From Podarcis pityusensis (lineage: Eukaryota): DNA of 64,000 nt. The position numbers and the translations under genes were made by a program. Positions 36,401-47,994 of this stretch are shown piece after piece; position 1 is the stretch's first letter; each line of letters opens with the position of its first letter. A model generated the notes under the pieces. It made no database searches and was not told the origin of the DNA. It saw only the letters and a list, made by a program, of their open reading frames with translations. The stretch lies in NCBI GenBank assembly GCA_964106645.2, contig OZ067042.1; one strand, 5' to 3'.

Positions 36401-39400
36401 TATCGCCGTCTCAGTTCCATCATATCACAGCTAAGGCTTTAAGCAGTAAGAAAATATATTTTACAACAATAAAAAGAGCTGGGGCTTAAAAGCAAATTTG
36501 TAGCAAGATGCAGAATGAGAACTGAGCTCAAACACTCTTTTTATAGTTTTGCTTCTACTTTTGACATTACTGAAAAGCAGCTCAGAGCCATTAGTGTCCA
36601 CATCTTGGAAGAAAAATACAGTAACTTTATTTTGGGTAATTTTTTTTAAAAAAAAATTTGCTTGTTGAAACGTTCTCTGAAACAGAACATGCAAATTTTG
36701 AAACAAAAATCAAGACTCACAAAAGTTTGGTTCAGCCCTTTGTGGAAGCTAAGGTACTTTTTGTCATAGCCATTAAACTTTTATCAAGTATCAGAAATAT
36801 AAAAAAATGTTTTAATCAGTCAACAAACAAACAAATAAACCCAACCAACACCATTTTTTGTTTTTAGGGTAAGTTGCTTCTCCAGAAGCTGTTGAACAGT
36901 TAGGCAACTGTCAGAGTAAATGGAAATCTCTACAGTCCAGCCCTGATCAGGCTTTAGCCAAGGTACAGACAGGTTGGGCAGAAACTCCCTGTTTTATCAT
37001 GATAATCTGAAAGTACACTATTAAGGTGTATACCCTTAATGTATCATATAATAAGGTACCATAGATTTCTCAAAATTCTATAGCCTATACCAGTCATGAA
37101 AATATTGCATTCCCTTCACATTTTCAAGCCTTTGTTCACCCCTTTAAGAGTTAGAAACACGTTCTTTCAAATTAAAGTTGAGATTCTGAAAGCACTGAAT
37201 TCTGCACCCAACTTGCAACATCTTACATATTAGCTAATGCTTTATTGCCAGGTAAACTGTTTCAGCTCTCCACTTTGCAACATATCTGGCTCCAAAATTC
37301 CTGTACAATGTCCACAGCCACCCCACACGCTTGTAAAAATGTGTAATACAAAGAGGGTCATTGTGCAGCTGAAAGTTTAAAAAGCACATCTCCTTAATTT
37401 GCACAAAATATTCTGTCTACAGTGGATGGAGGTGGGTGGAGAAAGAACAACATTCAAGTAAAACTGAGTTACATTAAGTAACTTTAAAGTCAACAAAAAT
37501 GAAGCTATGTTTCAATTTCTTGGGTTTATTTAATGCATCCTTATTTTATGGCAGTAAGATACCTTCCACAGAAAAATATGAAATCGCAATTTGACACCAA
37601 GATAACATACCAGTCTAATGAGAACTTGGAAAACTGGACCGTGTAACGGGGTACAACACGTCGGGGTCTTCGGGGTGATCGTTCCCTCTCTCGCCGAGGT
37701 GATCTTTCTCTAGAGCGTTTTCTCTGGGGTGATCTTTCCCGTGACCTACGTCTCTCACGCTCCCTTTCACGACTTAACCATGTGTGAAATATAAATGTCT
37801 TGTTTTAGCGTCTACCATTATGAACGCAGAGCTCACATGCCTATAACTCTAGAACCAACAGCAACAAACATCAAAACATACAGAACTTCCATTCTCAAAT
37901 CATCATTAACAAAACTGAACAGTACTTACATTCAAACTTCAAATACTTAAATTATTTGCTGTCTGTAATATGTACAGAAAATTGAGAGGAATTTTTGTAT
38001 CACACCTTCTGTCATCTTTTCTGTTAGCCATGGGGTCTCCTCTGTCATTTCGCCCCGAAAATCTGGGTGGTGGATCTAATCTCCGTGCTGGCTGAGGCTG
38101 TGAAACTATTCGAACAGGGGGCTGCAGCAAACCAGCTAGGAGGGGGGGAAAATCCCACAAGTTCTTAAGAATTTCATATCAGTAAGCAAATTATAACAAA
38201 AAAATGTAGCTTATTTGTTGGACTATCCGTTTTCATGCTTTTTTAATAGCATAGAACATTTGCTTATTTGTTTTGCAGAAATGAATGTGGCAGCAATCCA
38301 ACAATCAGCTAATAACAATAGGTATAAGCAACATAAGGTTTCTCATATTTAATCCAATGGGATGCATTCATTTAACTCTTCAAATTATTTAGGCAAGATG
38401 ATGAATTTTTCTTCCTCAATGCAAGCCTCATCATACTGCAGCTAGTTTCACTTTAACAGAATTCAAGGGGAGGGACACAACTCTGAACAAAATGGTTCAA
38501 GAGAACATTATATTGATTGAATGCTTTAAACCTACATTACTCAGAAAATATTAACATGCTAGAAGATTTTGACTCAACCATTCAGTTTCCAGCAATGTGG
38601 GGTGTAAATCAGTGTCCATTTCAACAAAATACTACTCTTGCTGTTTATTCTGAAGACCACTCCTCACTCTGAGGCTGTTTGTTCATCACATCCCCCCTGC
38701 TTAACACTTCTCAATATCTGATAGGGAAGCAAGTGCACGTAATCAGGCAGTGACTACATGCTGGAGAGTCACTGCTAATCAGTAAGCATCCAGAGACATG
38801 CAGCTTGCCCTCAAGCATGACAGTTGTTCACAAGAACACACAAGATGGGGGGAAAGGGTCACAAATAATTGCCAAGTAGTCTGAACTGGCCCTCAAATCA
38901 TCAACAATCTATCATTTCTGTTGCTATAACTCCGCAATGATTGCCTCATTAAGCACTGTGAGAGGGCAATGCCATAAACTACAACATGTACAACAGATAG
39001 CGGTTACTCTCATCAACTGGGCAATCCACAGTTCTCTGCAGCAAAGGAAAAGAGGTCTAGATTAGACTCAAGCTGTAGGAAAGAAGACTGAGCAACAGTA
39101 CTCAAGAAAATGTCTACCAGAGCATATAACAGCATGCAATTGTGCCAGATGTCACACAACAGGATGAACCTCAGAAATAGTGCAAGCAAATACAAAGTCC
39201 ACAGAGCAGAAGGAGGCCTAAGAAAGAACATGAGGGCAAAGCAGATTTAAAACCAAACCAAACAAGGTAACTTCTCCTTAGTTCAGATTGCTCAAGTAAA
39301 GTCCAAAACATCAACAGTTTCTATGTAGACACTAAACAGGTTCTCTTGAAGGTTAAGGCTCTATATGAATGACACCCATCTTTTTTATTTACCTCTTCAG

Positions 39401-42400
39401 AAACCACAGAACTAGTCAATTTACCAGCCCTACTGCCAACCTATTTTATGCTAGAAGTAACTGCAAAGTGATTAAGAATTCTGGTGCTACAACGTTTTTT
39501 AGAGGTACCTTGTTCTTAATGGAGGCCCGTGGAGGGGCTCACTTTTATTCTTTAGAAGGATGAAGCATGGTATTCTACAGCTGATGTTAAAATGCATATA
39601 TATTATGGATACTAACAGGCAACACAAAGTTTAGACCATGGTTATAAACAAATAGCATATCCACAGAGAACCTGGATTACAAAATGTGTGGCTGGGTTCT
39701 ACATTCCAATGCTATAATAAACCAGTTTAACATTATGAGAATGTGCTATGGTGAATGTCAGGTTTATGAGCTACATTCCCACCTTTTGCACACAAGGCTT
39801 CCTGTTGCAGTTTGCAACAAGGCAGTTTCCCATTTCATCTGAATATGGGAATGTGTGGTTTATACATATCACAGCTAGTTAAATGAGAATTGAACTTGGT
39901 TAAATAACCATGGTTTGTATAAGCAGTTTTCCATACTGGGATAAAATTGGAAATTGTGGTTACAAACAGCAATTGGAACCTTTAACGTCTATACCCTGTG
40001 TGTGTGGGAATATGTAAGCCTGAAGTTCCCATCACAACAAATCATGGTTTGTTCTGACTTCAGAATGCAGCATCTCTATTGCACTACAGCTACAAGGTAA
40101 ACTGAAGACCATATAGTCTTGATACTATTCAGTCAGTTATATTCTTCTACATTTTTTTTTGAAAAGGAAAACATCCAATATATGTCAAGTTCTGAAGAAA
40201 TACCTTTCTGCTGTGGCTGTTGTAACAAAGGCTGTGGTTGTGTCTGAAGCAAAGGTGTAATAGAAGCCGCTGATATCTGTGCCTGTAACAGCGACTGTGG
40301 CTGCGGCTGTGGCTGCACACTGAATGCAGTCTGCTGTGCAATAGGCTGAAGTACAGGTGGAGGAGTCTTGAGTAAAGGCTGGGTTTGAGTCTGGTTCTAA
40401 TGAGGAGGAAAAAGGGAACAACTTGTGAATCAGCTTTACACTAAAGGCGCCAACAAGAGTCAGACTGAGTGGCTGTATATACCTGATTTGGTAGAGTCTG
40501 AATTCTCTGCGCATTCCATTTGAAAGGCATATTAGGGTTATATGTTGCTTCTACCAAAACTCTGTCTCCTACTTGAGGACTCTTCCCTTTCACAGCACTG
40601 CAAAATGAAAAGAGTCACATGATTAGACATCACACTACCATAATTCTCGATAAACTTATTTCTCTATATTATTTCTCATGCATTTTATTAGTATCACCAC
40701 TTGTGCACGTATGGTAGAATTAAGTTACCTGAGCTGGAAGAATACATCTTCATCCACAAAACCAAACGTGTCATGTAGCTTGGTAACTACTCCAGTGAAG
40801 ACACGCTGCTTCTGTGGCTGGCTCTGCTGCTGACTTGACCGAGGTGCAGGATAAGAAACAGTTATCTGTGCTGCTGGCTGAGGAGTAGACAGGCTAAGGC
40901 TTGTTGGCAGTGCCACAGCTGGCTGCGTGCAAAATTAAACATGAAATTATGTAAGCATTGACAATCTTCTAAATAGTATAGCTGAAATAATGATAATAAT
41001 AATTTGTATTTATTCAATTTATTACCCATTCTTCACCATCAGGTCCCAACAATTTAAAATTCAATATTTAAAATGTTTTTTTAAAATTACATCCATAGGA
41101 ATAGGGTGGGTTCTGAAAACATGTCTCAGGTGTCAAAGGCCACACACTCTGAAAAATTATTTTGAACTAAAGTTGCATTGTATGAAGTGCAAAAAACTAT
41201 GCCTTTTTACATTGGGGGAGGAAAAAAACAGATAAACCTTGATTTTTCTCCTATCAAACTGCAGTTGCACAAGCTGGTTCAACCAATATATCAAAACCCC
41301 ACCTGCTTATTATGGTAGCCATTTCTTCCAAATCATTTCCTCAAACTGTAGGCTTATTTGTATTTCTATAAAAATAACCTCAAACATGAAAACTGTAAAT
41401 GCACATCAGAACACAGAAATGCCTTCAGACTAGCACCAACCATGATCTGGAAGCAGAGATTGTTTTTCAGTTGCTACGTAATCGATGTTTCCCAAGAACA
41501 TTTCCAGATTTTGAATTTTGCTTCTATTATTTAATTTGTGTCAATGATCTTTTCGGCAACCTATTCTTTCCTATGCTATATTTTGACCTCCCTAAAGTGG
41601 TTATGCACATTGAAACGTATGTTTAAAATGTTTTCTGAAAGACTAGCACACAGACAAAAATATGAATGAATATCTTACATTGCTGCAAAATGTTTCAGAA
41701 TTTTCAAGTGCAATATAGGCTGCCTTGCCGGGGCGGGGACTGTATGTACCTTTTGTCCACTACTTTTTATGAACATAAAATAATTACTTTCCTGTCCTAA
41801 GGAAAGTCTCTTCAAATATCTGTATATTACTTACAGCACAATCCTATGCAGGTTTACTTAGAAGTAAATTTCATCATATTCAACAGAGATTACTTCCTAG
41901 TAAGTGTGTGCACAGAATGGCAGCCTAAGTTTCTAGTCTTAACCATTGGTGTAAATATCTAAAAACTTAAAAGCATCAACAGAAGTCTAAGAGAAAATAT
42001 GCATTAGAAATACCCCTTCTAATGACATGAAATTAATATCTCTCTATAACAGTAGAACTACAAGGGCACTTATATTTTGGTTTGGGAAGGGGAGGTAATC
42101 AAAGGGATAAAGAACACATTGGACTGAACTACCAGTTGTCTGTATTACATGAGACGTAATAAAGGCACCATTATTGTTTAAAACTTTAAACAAAAGCAGA
42201 GCTGACAAGTGCACAGGCAAATTTATTATACAGTGATGAAAGCTTTAATAAAACTAACCTGGGTTAGAAGAGTTTGCTGAGGTTGCTGCAACTTAAAAAA
42301 TACAAGACCATGAATTAGTTATAATGCTTTGTGCAAGTCCAGCTTTCTCTTTAGCCATATTTAGCTTTGAGAAACAGCTGCAAAATGTTTTCATGATTGC

Positions 42401-43844
42401 CTATACCTGCATTCTAGCATATTATTTATCCATACAATAGCTGCTCTTTATGTAGTTTTGGCCAACACTTAGCTTTCCTCTCTTGCAGAGTAGCCCAAAC
42501 TCCCCTTGTGCTAGGCTCAGAGGGGATGAATTAGGTGGTGTCCCTCGGCTCAGCAATACTGGTCTTCCACCAGCTGCCACCACCAGGAGGACAGAAGCAT
42601 CACTTTGCTGCCAGAATGGGTGTATGGAAGGAACGGCGTTTCCGTGCGCTGCTCTGGTTCACCAGAAGCAGCTTAGTCATGCTGGCCACATGACCCGGAA
42701 GCTGCCTGCGGACTAAGGCCAGCTCCCTCGGCCTATAGAGCAAGACGAGTGCACAACCCGAGAGTCGTCCGCGACTGGACCTAGCGGTTAGGGGTACCTT
42801 TACCTTTTACTAGCATGACCCCCACCAGCAGGAGACAGCCGAAGGTTCCAAAATGGAGTATTCTGGAGGTGGGGTGGGCTGAGCTGGCCCAGGGTATGTT
42901 GGATCCTGAGCAGATATCATTACCATTGTGTGATGGCATCAGGCTGCATCAAGTTCAGGCTCCTGCAGCTATCACCCTATCCCCACAACTTTTGCCCTGG
43001 AATGGTAGGGCTGTGGATACAGCAGTGGCTCCACAACTCCATAAAACCACACAGAACAGTTGCTGGAGTTTGGGATTTTCCCTTTTATGTAATACGGGAT
43101 GAATCAAGACTAAAAATGGCAGTGGCCGGGCAAGATTGCCATGTATCAACAGCAGATGTCTATTGTCCAAAGATGAGTCCTTGAAAGCACATTTTCCAAC
43201 ACTACCAATATAGTTATCCCATCCACAAATTCTAGATTATAATGTGCCTCTATTTTGTGGCCCATTGTGAATTGCCCCAGTGGCTGAGGTTCAGGGGGAA
43301 GATGTGATACAAAGGATAAGGCAAGACCAATCCTCCCCCTTCTTAGTATCCAGGACAATATATGAGAGTTGGGGTACATCCACTTCCCTCATTGCCATAC
43401 TCAGACCAACTTCTGTCTCTTCATTACTCTTCTCAAAGAACCCAGCAAATGAAGCTTTTTTTGACAACAATATAGATCAGTTTCATCACAGCAGAAAAAC
43501 AGTTTCCAAGATTCCTTAGTTAAGTCACTACGGTTCTGTAGAGATTCAAATGTAAGGGCACAGCAATTTGCACACACAGGGTTGCATATCACACTGCATT
43601 TGCAGAGATCTGCTCACACAGTGAGACTTTCCCTTCCTCTTCCTCTCCCCACATGTCCTCAGAATCTGCTCTGAATTGTCTTCCAACCCTCTGGAGCAGA
43701 TTCTGAGGTTGTGGGCTGGGGAGGCTGAAAGAGATAAGAGGGGAAAGTTCCATTGAGCAAGCAGAAGTCTGCTGTGCCCGCAGAACAGCAGTGTTGAATA
43801 CAACCCACCATGAGAAGGTAGCTATTTGGGTGGGGAACATACAC

Positions 43845-43895
<51 letters not shown>

Positions 43896-46800
43896 AAAAG
43901 GTACATGGTCTTACAATTTGTTAGCATATATTGAAATTGCTCAGTCTGATGTGACACTGGGGGGAGGAATGTAAGACTTCATTGTTGAATCCCCCACCAC
44001 GTTATGAGTGTTGGAGGATATGTTAAAGTGAGGCTACGTTAAGTAGGGAGGTATATTGGGGGACAAACGGTTTTACATGTCATTTAATGTGAACATTTCA
44101 ATCATTTCTGTATTTAACGACATAAAACTAAAATACATTTTTGGGCTATCATGCAGAACTGGAAGTCTATGGACCAATTCAGACAGAGCAAATAAGAGAC
44201 TGACAATATGCACACAAAGAGGTGAACAAACCTGCTGTTGTACACTATAGAGGGTCTGCTGTGGTTGTGAATATTGCTGAAAAACAGAATCAGAATTGAT
44301 AACTAGACAGTACTCCAAAAAGATATTTCTGTATACTACAATCTCAGAGAAATATATGGCAAAACCAAACTGCAGAAATAAAGTTTAAGACAAAAAAGAT
44401 GATACTTGCATTTCTATTATTTCATCAGCTGAACAAAACAGTATTGTATCTTCTCTGAAAAGCATTTATTGTTTTTTAAAAATCAGTCTAGATATTACAA
44501 CATGAACTAATTTAACATATGCCGAGTACAATCTGCTATGAAATATCCATAAGCAAGCCTTAATGAAATGAACAGGAGCTTCGCAAGATCACAACACCCA
44601 GTTATGCCAGCTGCAGACTAAATATTCTAGTTCATCAACACATACTAGTTTGACCTAATTTGTGTTAAACCACAGGGGACAGATATGCTGTAATTATTTT
44701 ACTAGTGGCAAGCAAAAGGAGCCCTGCATGAACCTTTTCACCCCCTGTGAAGAGTGCCCCCTACTTTTCTGCCATTTTTCACACCATTTTGCAAATATGT
44801 GAAGGTGAATTAGGCCAACACTCTTTCACTCAAATCTAGTTGCAGTTTGCTAGTTATAAAAGAATGTCCACACATTTGGAAATATATCCCATTGAAAACA
44901 GTGGCAAGGACAACATCTGCATACAGCTGCAGCTGATCTACACTACATTAGCAATATGATGCACATTCTCATCTCATCTATATTCTGTTGCAACTGGTCA
45001 CACATAACTATGAAAGGTGGAGTACAAATTTAATATATAAATAGAACTGGATCAGGACACAAATCATTGCTTGCCAGTACTATGCATCAAGAAATCACCA
45101 GCATCGTTTGGCTGGGAACATCAGACTAATTGCTTTTGCAACAGGCAAATGTTTCTTCTTTTCCTCAAGAATAAAAGCAATGTGAGGGCTGTGGTACTTT
45201 CAGTGACATCATCACGTAGCCAAATCCAATCATGTTGCTATAGTGAAGATCATACTGTGAGGAACGAAATTATGCTATAGCAGCAGCATTTCATGTTTGA
45301 GAGTTTTGTATAAAGCGACTAACAAATAATAATAATAACAACCATAAACATACTTAAGAACTAGGGAAAGCCACTAAGGGGTATGTGAATGTTTTCAGGT
45401 ACTTGCCAAATCCCTTGAAAACCTACCTTTCTCCAAAAATGTTTTAAGCATTAAAATTTGACGCATCACTAGTTTTTACTCTAGTTTACAGAATTGTGAT
45501 TTAGTGTTTTATTAGCTTTTCCAACGTCTTTTTGGGTACCCATTGTTAGAGAAAGACACTAACAAATAACATTTGTCCCTACTAAACAGATTTCCCTATT
45601 TCTGAGGGTATGTGATATTTTGAGAACACCAAAGAGAGGCTCAAGTGTAATGACTACAAGAAAGCCCTAGACACGACAGACTACATAAAAACTATATAAC
45701 ATTCAGTATCTAAACAATAGTAAAGTCATTTCACAAATAAAAATATCAAAGCAGATTATAAAGTTTATCTGAACCTCGGCTTGTTTTACTGAAGTTGCCA
45801 CTCACTGGCTGCACAAAAATAGGAGTCAGCAGATGCAGTTCCATTTACCTGCTGTAATGCGGCTGCTGCGGCTGCAGCTTGCTGTTGTAAAGCAGCTGTT
45901 TGACTGAGTTGATAGTTTGTTGGTGTCTGAGTACTGAGGCCTGCTGCTGCTAATGCAGTTTGTTGTGTATATATTGTAGGAGATGCTCCAAGTAAGGATG
46001 GTTGCTGAACACCAAGAGCAGCTGAAAATGTAGGATTTAAGCATTAGGACATCTTAGTTTGGGGTGGGTGGGTAGTACAGTCTTATCATGGTCAAACATG
46101 GGGTTTAACAGCACTAAGGATTTCCTTCTGTAAGTCAGAGCTTGTGGGGAAATGGCTCTTCCTTGCACCCCAATATACAGCACATGCACTTTTTATATAG
46201 GAGCTACTGTTCAAATGCAGAAAAGGTTCAACTTTACTTTAGTTTACAGCCAAAGAATATTATAGCTCATGTTTACTACATGTGGCTGAACACACACAGT
46301 TGGCAGGATAGATCCAAAGCAACAACGCAATGGAGTCTTCAGCAACTCTTCACTTGGAACATAAAACTGAGAGCAATAATAAAAACCTAGCCTTAAAACT
46401 AATAGGTATATTCAGTTATAGGAAATTAAGGATGGAGTATGCTTTATGCCAAGACTTCTTGGTGTGCCAGATCACAGGCCATTTTCAAACCACATTGCAG
46501 ACTTAATGATCTGATGCTAAATATAGATGAATTCTGGATCTTTTGAAGCCATGGAAGAAAATTTTGAGGAAAATAAATGCAATACTGGCTGATGTATCAA
46601 ACTGTAACTTAACCATTTAAAGATATAATGTGCTACTTAACAATTAACAAAACAGTATATGATATAAATCATTCTGCATTTATTCAAACGATTGTTACAA
46701 AATATATGTAGAATAAAAATGGAGCTGAAAACTGATGCACCATAAGAGTATGCAAGCACCTGCTATTGCCAGCTGATAGATGCAGCAGGGGAGGGAAGAA

Positions 46801-47994
46801 GAGAAACTATAACATGGTAAATAACATGGTATATTAATTGGGCTTAGTATCAGCATCTAGGCCTCATCATGATCATGGAAGAGAAGCTGCAAAAGCTTAG
46901 AGGGGAAAGCCCAGAAATAATTATGCAATTAACAATTTCATTTCATTTCAGGCCTCACAGTTAAAACTGCTCATTCTCAAATTTTACTGGTCCTTCAAGC
47001 TTCTGTAATTTAGATCTCATTCAATTTTATTTCCATCTTACCTAAGGGTACCAACAGAAAGCAACGTATCATTTGTAAAGTGACCATATATTAGACCAAC
47101 TCTGATGTGTTCAGCTAAGCATTCTTAGCCTTGAACTTCATGCTCCAAACTCTTAACACTTATAGAAACTTTGAAAACAGAGTTGGAAAAATACCAGCTG
47201 AAGGCCCAAGTCTGTAAAAATTATCAGGTTCTTCCCTTTGAAGCAGCAAAAAACCACCATAGGAACAAGGAAGAAAACCATGCTTCTGAAGAAATGTAGC
47301 ATTCCTGTTTTACTAAATTGCTTGAATGTGGTTTACTGCAAAGCATAGTTGGCTCAACAACTAACAAAATATGCTACTTACTATTCAAGCTAAATCCAGT
47401 CTCTGTATAACAGGGGCACCAATATGTTAATACATGATGTATTCAAAGCAAATTTCTTGCCCTTTTCATATAAACACAATGCTACATTTAAGAACTGCTG
47501 AGTTTTAGGGATGTCACCTAGATAAAATTATTAAATCCACATATATAGGCATATGAAAAATAAATACTACTAAAGAAAAAAGCACACCATCTTTATGATA
47601 ATGCATATGTGTGTGGCAAAATCTTAGAAGAAGCTTTCCTCATCTGTCACATCAGAATAAATTATTCATTTAAGGTGTTTGATGGAATGCATTTTTAATG
47701 AACTTATTAAAAAATATTTTTTAAAAAAGTAGTTCTGCTAATTAAACAGGATCACCTTGTTGGCTGGAAAAAGCATTTTAATCAATCCAATTTATCCATT
47801 AAAACCTTTTGAACTATTCATTTTATTTTGGTTTCCTCTGACAAAAAGTATGAAACCTTGCAGAATGTCAGATTGAAGCTAAGGCAGAAGTTACTGGTTA
47901 AAAAGAAATATAAACGCTGACCTGGCTGAGATACTGCAGTGGCTGTAAACTGGGTAGCCCAAGGGGGATTCTTCTGTCCTCCAAACTGAGCCAT
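24425..47994 (-). CDS. CCAR1: CCAR1 (cell division cycle and apoptosis regulator 1), spliced CDS span; about 1146 aa if the missing exon 14 is 211 nt
   Basis: Exon translations read MAQFGGQKNPPWATQFTATAVSQP...RVFTGVVTKLHDTFGFVDEDVFFQL...MMELRRRYQNLYIPSDFF...VNDLRKELESRTLSSKGLKSQLIARL...KENGANV*. All 23 visible coding exons have GT-AG boundaries with compatible phases, except across the N gap. Confidence 0.98.
25110..25527 (-). mobile_element. CR1 LINE 3' fragment in CCAR1 intron 24
   Basis: AAGAGCCCTGCTGGATCAGGCC..AGTCCAGCATC and GGTGGCCATCACTAC motifs, shared with 62485-62900. Confidence 0.65.
25721..25926 (-). CDS. CCAR1: CCAR1 exon 24 (C-terminal coiled coil DEDEKTILNLENLNK...EIHSVLKK)
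   Basis: 206 nt, TTTTCAG / GTAAAG; ORF 25625..25993. Confidence 0.96.
26233..26418 (-). CDS. CCAR1: CCAR1 exon 23 (GNRLLLPSPAIKQEP...GLIVYNGAMVDVGSLLQKLEKSEK...)
   Basis: 186 nt, CCTATAG / GTGAG. Confidence 0.96.
26883..27003 (-). CDS. CCAR1: CCAR1 exon 22 (VKKLLNKVVLRESCFYRKLTDTSKDEENQEEIETPQEEML)
   Basis: 121 nt, TCTTAG / GTGAC. Confidence 0.96.
27418..27564 (-). CDS. CCAR1: CCAR1 exon 21 (EF-hand-like: ERDKTQMITVNRDLLMAFVYFDQCHCGYLLEKDLEEILYTLGLHLSRAQ)
   Basis: 147 nt, TTTTTAG / GTTTG. Confidence 0.97.
28005..28087 (-). CDS. CCAR1: CCAR1 exon 20 (DRDDEEMNRRDDRREGNRHCKERASKDK)
   Basis: 83 nt, TTTCCATAG / GTATT. Confidence 0.94.
28156..28434. mobile_element. Tc1/mariner (Tigger/pogo-like) MITE in CCAR1 intron 19
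   Basis: TA TSD; TIR CAGTGGTGCC(C/T)CGCAAGACGAA (21/22); many internal GCAAGACGAA copies. Confidence 0.9.
28754..28865 (-). CDS. CCAR1: CCAR1 exon 19 (REDKRKDDAKDEDEMEDDNNQEEYDPMEAEDAEDEDD)
   Basis: 112 nt, TTACAG / GTATA. Confidence 0.95.
29542..29775 (-). CDS. CCAR1: CCAR1 exon 18 (VSLFAELFNEMLQRDFGVRIYRSLL...K/D/E-rich)
   Basis: 234 nt, GTGCAG / GTTAG; ORF 29527..29793. Confidence 0.96.
30712..30903 (-). CDS. CCAR1: CCAR1 exon 17 (EEERKR...RYILPDEPAIIVHPNWAAKSGKFDCSIMSLSVLLDYRLEDNKEHSFE)
   Basis: 192 nt, TCTTTAG / GTCAT; ORF 30502..30876. Confidence 0.97.
31684..31869 (-). CDS. CCAR1: CCAR1 exon 16 (SAP domain VNDLRKELESRTLSSKGLKSQLIARLTK plus acidic coiled coil)
   Basis: 186 nt, AACTAG / GTAGA. 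Confidence 0.97.
32195..32278 (-). CDS. CCAR1: CCAR1 exon 15 (DEEEKDDGEAKEISTPTHWSKLDPKAMK)
   Basis: 84 nt, TTTTTTAG / GTAAC. Confidence 0.96.
33070..33369. other. Assembly gap (300 N), inferred to contain CCAR1 exon 14
   Basis: Run of N. Exon 13 ends in phase 2 and exon 15 starts in phase 0, and the expected YRFAEIRYHRP...DGEQ peptide is absent from the flanks. Confidence 0.85.
34051..34217 (-). CDS. CCAR1: CCAR1 exon 13 (FLVGMKGKDEAMAIGGHWSPSLDGPEPEKDPSVLIKTAIRCCRALTGIDLSVCTQW; DBC1/Nudix-like domain)
   Basis: 167 nt, TTCTCTAG / GTAAGT, ends in phase 2. Confidence 0.97.
34361..34496. mobile_element. hAT-type palindromic MITE, 136 bp, same family as 3886-4021 in opposite orientation
   Basis: TIR CAGGCTTC; perfect 8-bp TSD CCCTACAG. 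Confidence 0.9.
34712..34774 (-). ncRNA. SNORD98: C/D box snoRNA SNORD98 (guides 18S rRNA 2'-O-methylation, Gm867 in human numbering)
   Basis: Minus strand GAGTA-ATGATGT (box C)-TTAAA-CCTATTCCATTA-CTGA (D')-AATGCAATGTGGAAAAACAAAA-CTGA (D)-ACTC. Terminal stem GAATGAGT/ACTCATTC spans 34708-34778. The guide is complementary to 18S UAAUGGAAUAGG. SNORD98 is known to be hosted in a CCAR1 intron. Confidence 0.92.
35528..35641 (-). CDS. CCAR1: CCAR1 exon 12 (VMLMASPSMEDLYHKSCALAEDPQELRDGFQHPARLIK)
   Basis: 114 nt, TTTAACAG / GTAAA. Confidence 0.97.
36211..36436 (-). CDS. CCAR1: CCAR1 exon 11 (LSCDMMELRRRYQNLYIPSDFF...DHLYSAK)
   Basis: 226 nt, TAAAG / GTATG; ORF 36193..36423. Confidence 0.97.
37611..37772 (-). 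CDS. CCAR1: CCAR1 exon 10 (RS/RE-rich segment RERERERRRSRERSPQRKRSRERSPRR...PRYTVQFSKFSLD)
   Basis: 162 nt, TTAAG / GTATG. Confidence 0.96.
38006..38135 (-). CDS. CCAR1: CCAR1 exon 9 (AGLLQPPVRIVSQPQPARRLDPPPRFSGRNDRGD...)
   Basis: 130 nt, CCTCCTAG / GTGTG. Confidence 0.96.
40204..40396 (-). CDS. CCAR1: CCAR1 exon 8 (Q/P-rich NQTQTQPLLK...LLQQPQQK)
   Basis: 193 nt, CATTAG / GTATT. Confidence 0.96.
40483..40597 (-). CDS. CCAR1: CCAR1 exon 7 (AVKGKSPQVGDRVLVEATYNPNMPFKWNAQRIQTLPNQ; S1-like domain)
   Basis: 115 nt, TTTTGCAG / GTATA. Confidence 0.97.
40729..40922 (-). CDS. CCAR1: CCAR1 exon 6 (PAVALPTSLSLSTPQ...start of S1-like domain RVFTGVVTKLHDTFGFVDEDVFFQL)
   Basis: 194 nt, GCAG / GTAAC; overlaps ORF 40725..40916. 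Confidence 0.97.
42259..42291 (-). CDS. CCAR1: CCAR1 exon 5 (LQQPQQTLLTQ)
   Basis: 33-nt in-frame exon, TTTTTTAAG / GTTAG. Confidence 0.92.
42626..42806 (+). mobile_element. 5'-truncated Sauria SINE in CCAR1 intron 4
   Basis: AACGGCGTTTCCGTGCGCTGCTCTGG...GCTGGCCACATGACCCGGAAG...ACCTTTACCTTT tail. Confidence 0.88.
43578..43807. repeat. Interspersed hairpin repeat (CAGAATCTGCTC...GAGCAGATTCTG core; GGGTTG...ATACAACCCA ends); related copies at about 14300-14450, 21935-22085 and 28941-29141
   Basis: Shared CAGAATCTGCTCCAGAGG core and similar ends among copies. Confidence 0.55.
43847..43889. repeat. (GA)n microsatellite
   Basis: Seen directly. Confidence 0.95.
44232..44276 (-). CDS. CCAR1: CCAR1 exon 4 (QYSQPQQTLYSVQQQ)
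   Basis: 45-nt in-frame exon, TTTTTCAG / GTTTG. Confidence 0.93.
45849..46021 (-). CDS. CCAR1: CCAR1 exon 3 (AALGVQQPSLLGASPTIYTQQ...AAAAAAALQQ)
   Basis: TTTTCAG acceptor, GTAAAT donor, 173 nt, phase 1 to 0. Confidence 0.96.
47922..47994 (-). CDS. CCAR1: CCAR1 exon 2 coding part (exon starts at 48042); MAQFGGQKNPPWATQFTATAVSQP
   Basis: Kozak GCCATGG; acceptor TTTTGATAG at 48043; donor G|GTCAG; 73 nt. Confidence 0.96.

Noticed and set aside
42900-43520. Possible degenerate L2 LINE fragment in CCAR1 intron 4
   Set aside because: Only faint similarity; boundaries and identity cannot be supported by eye
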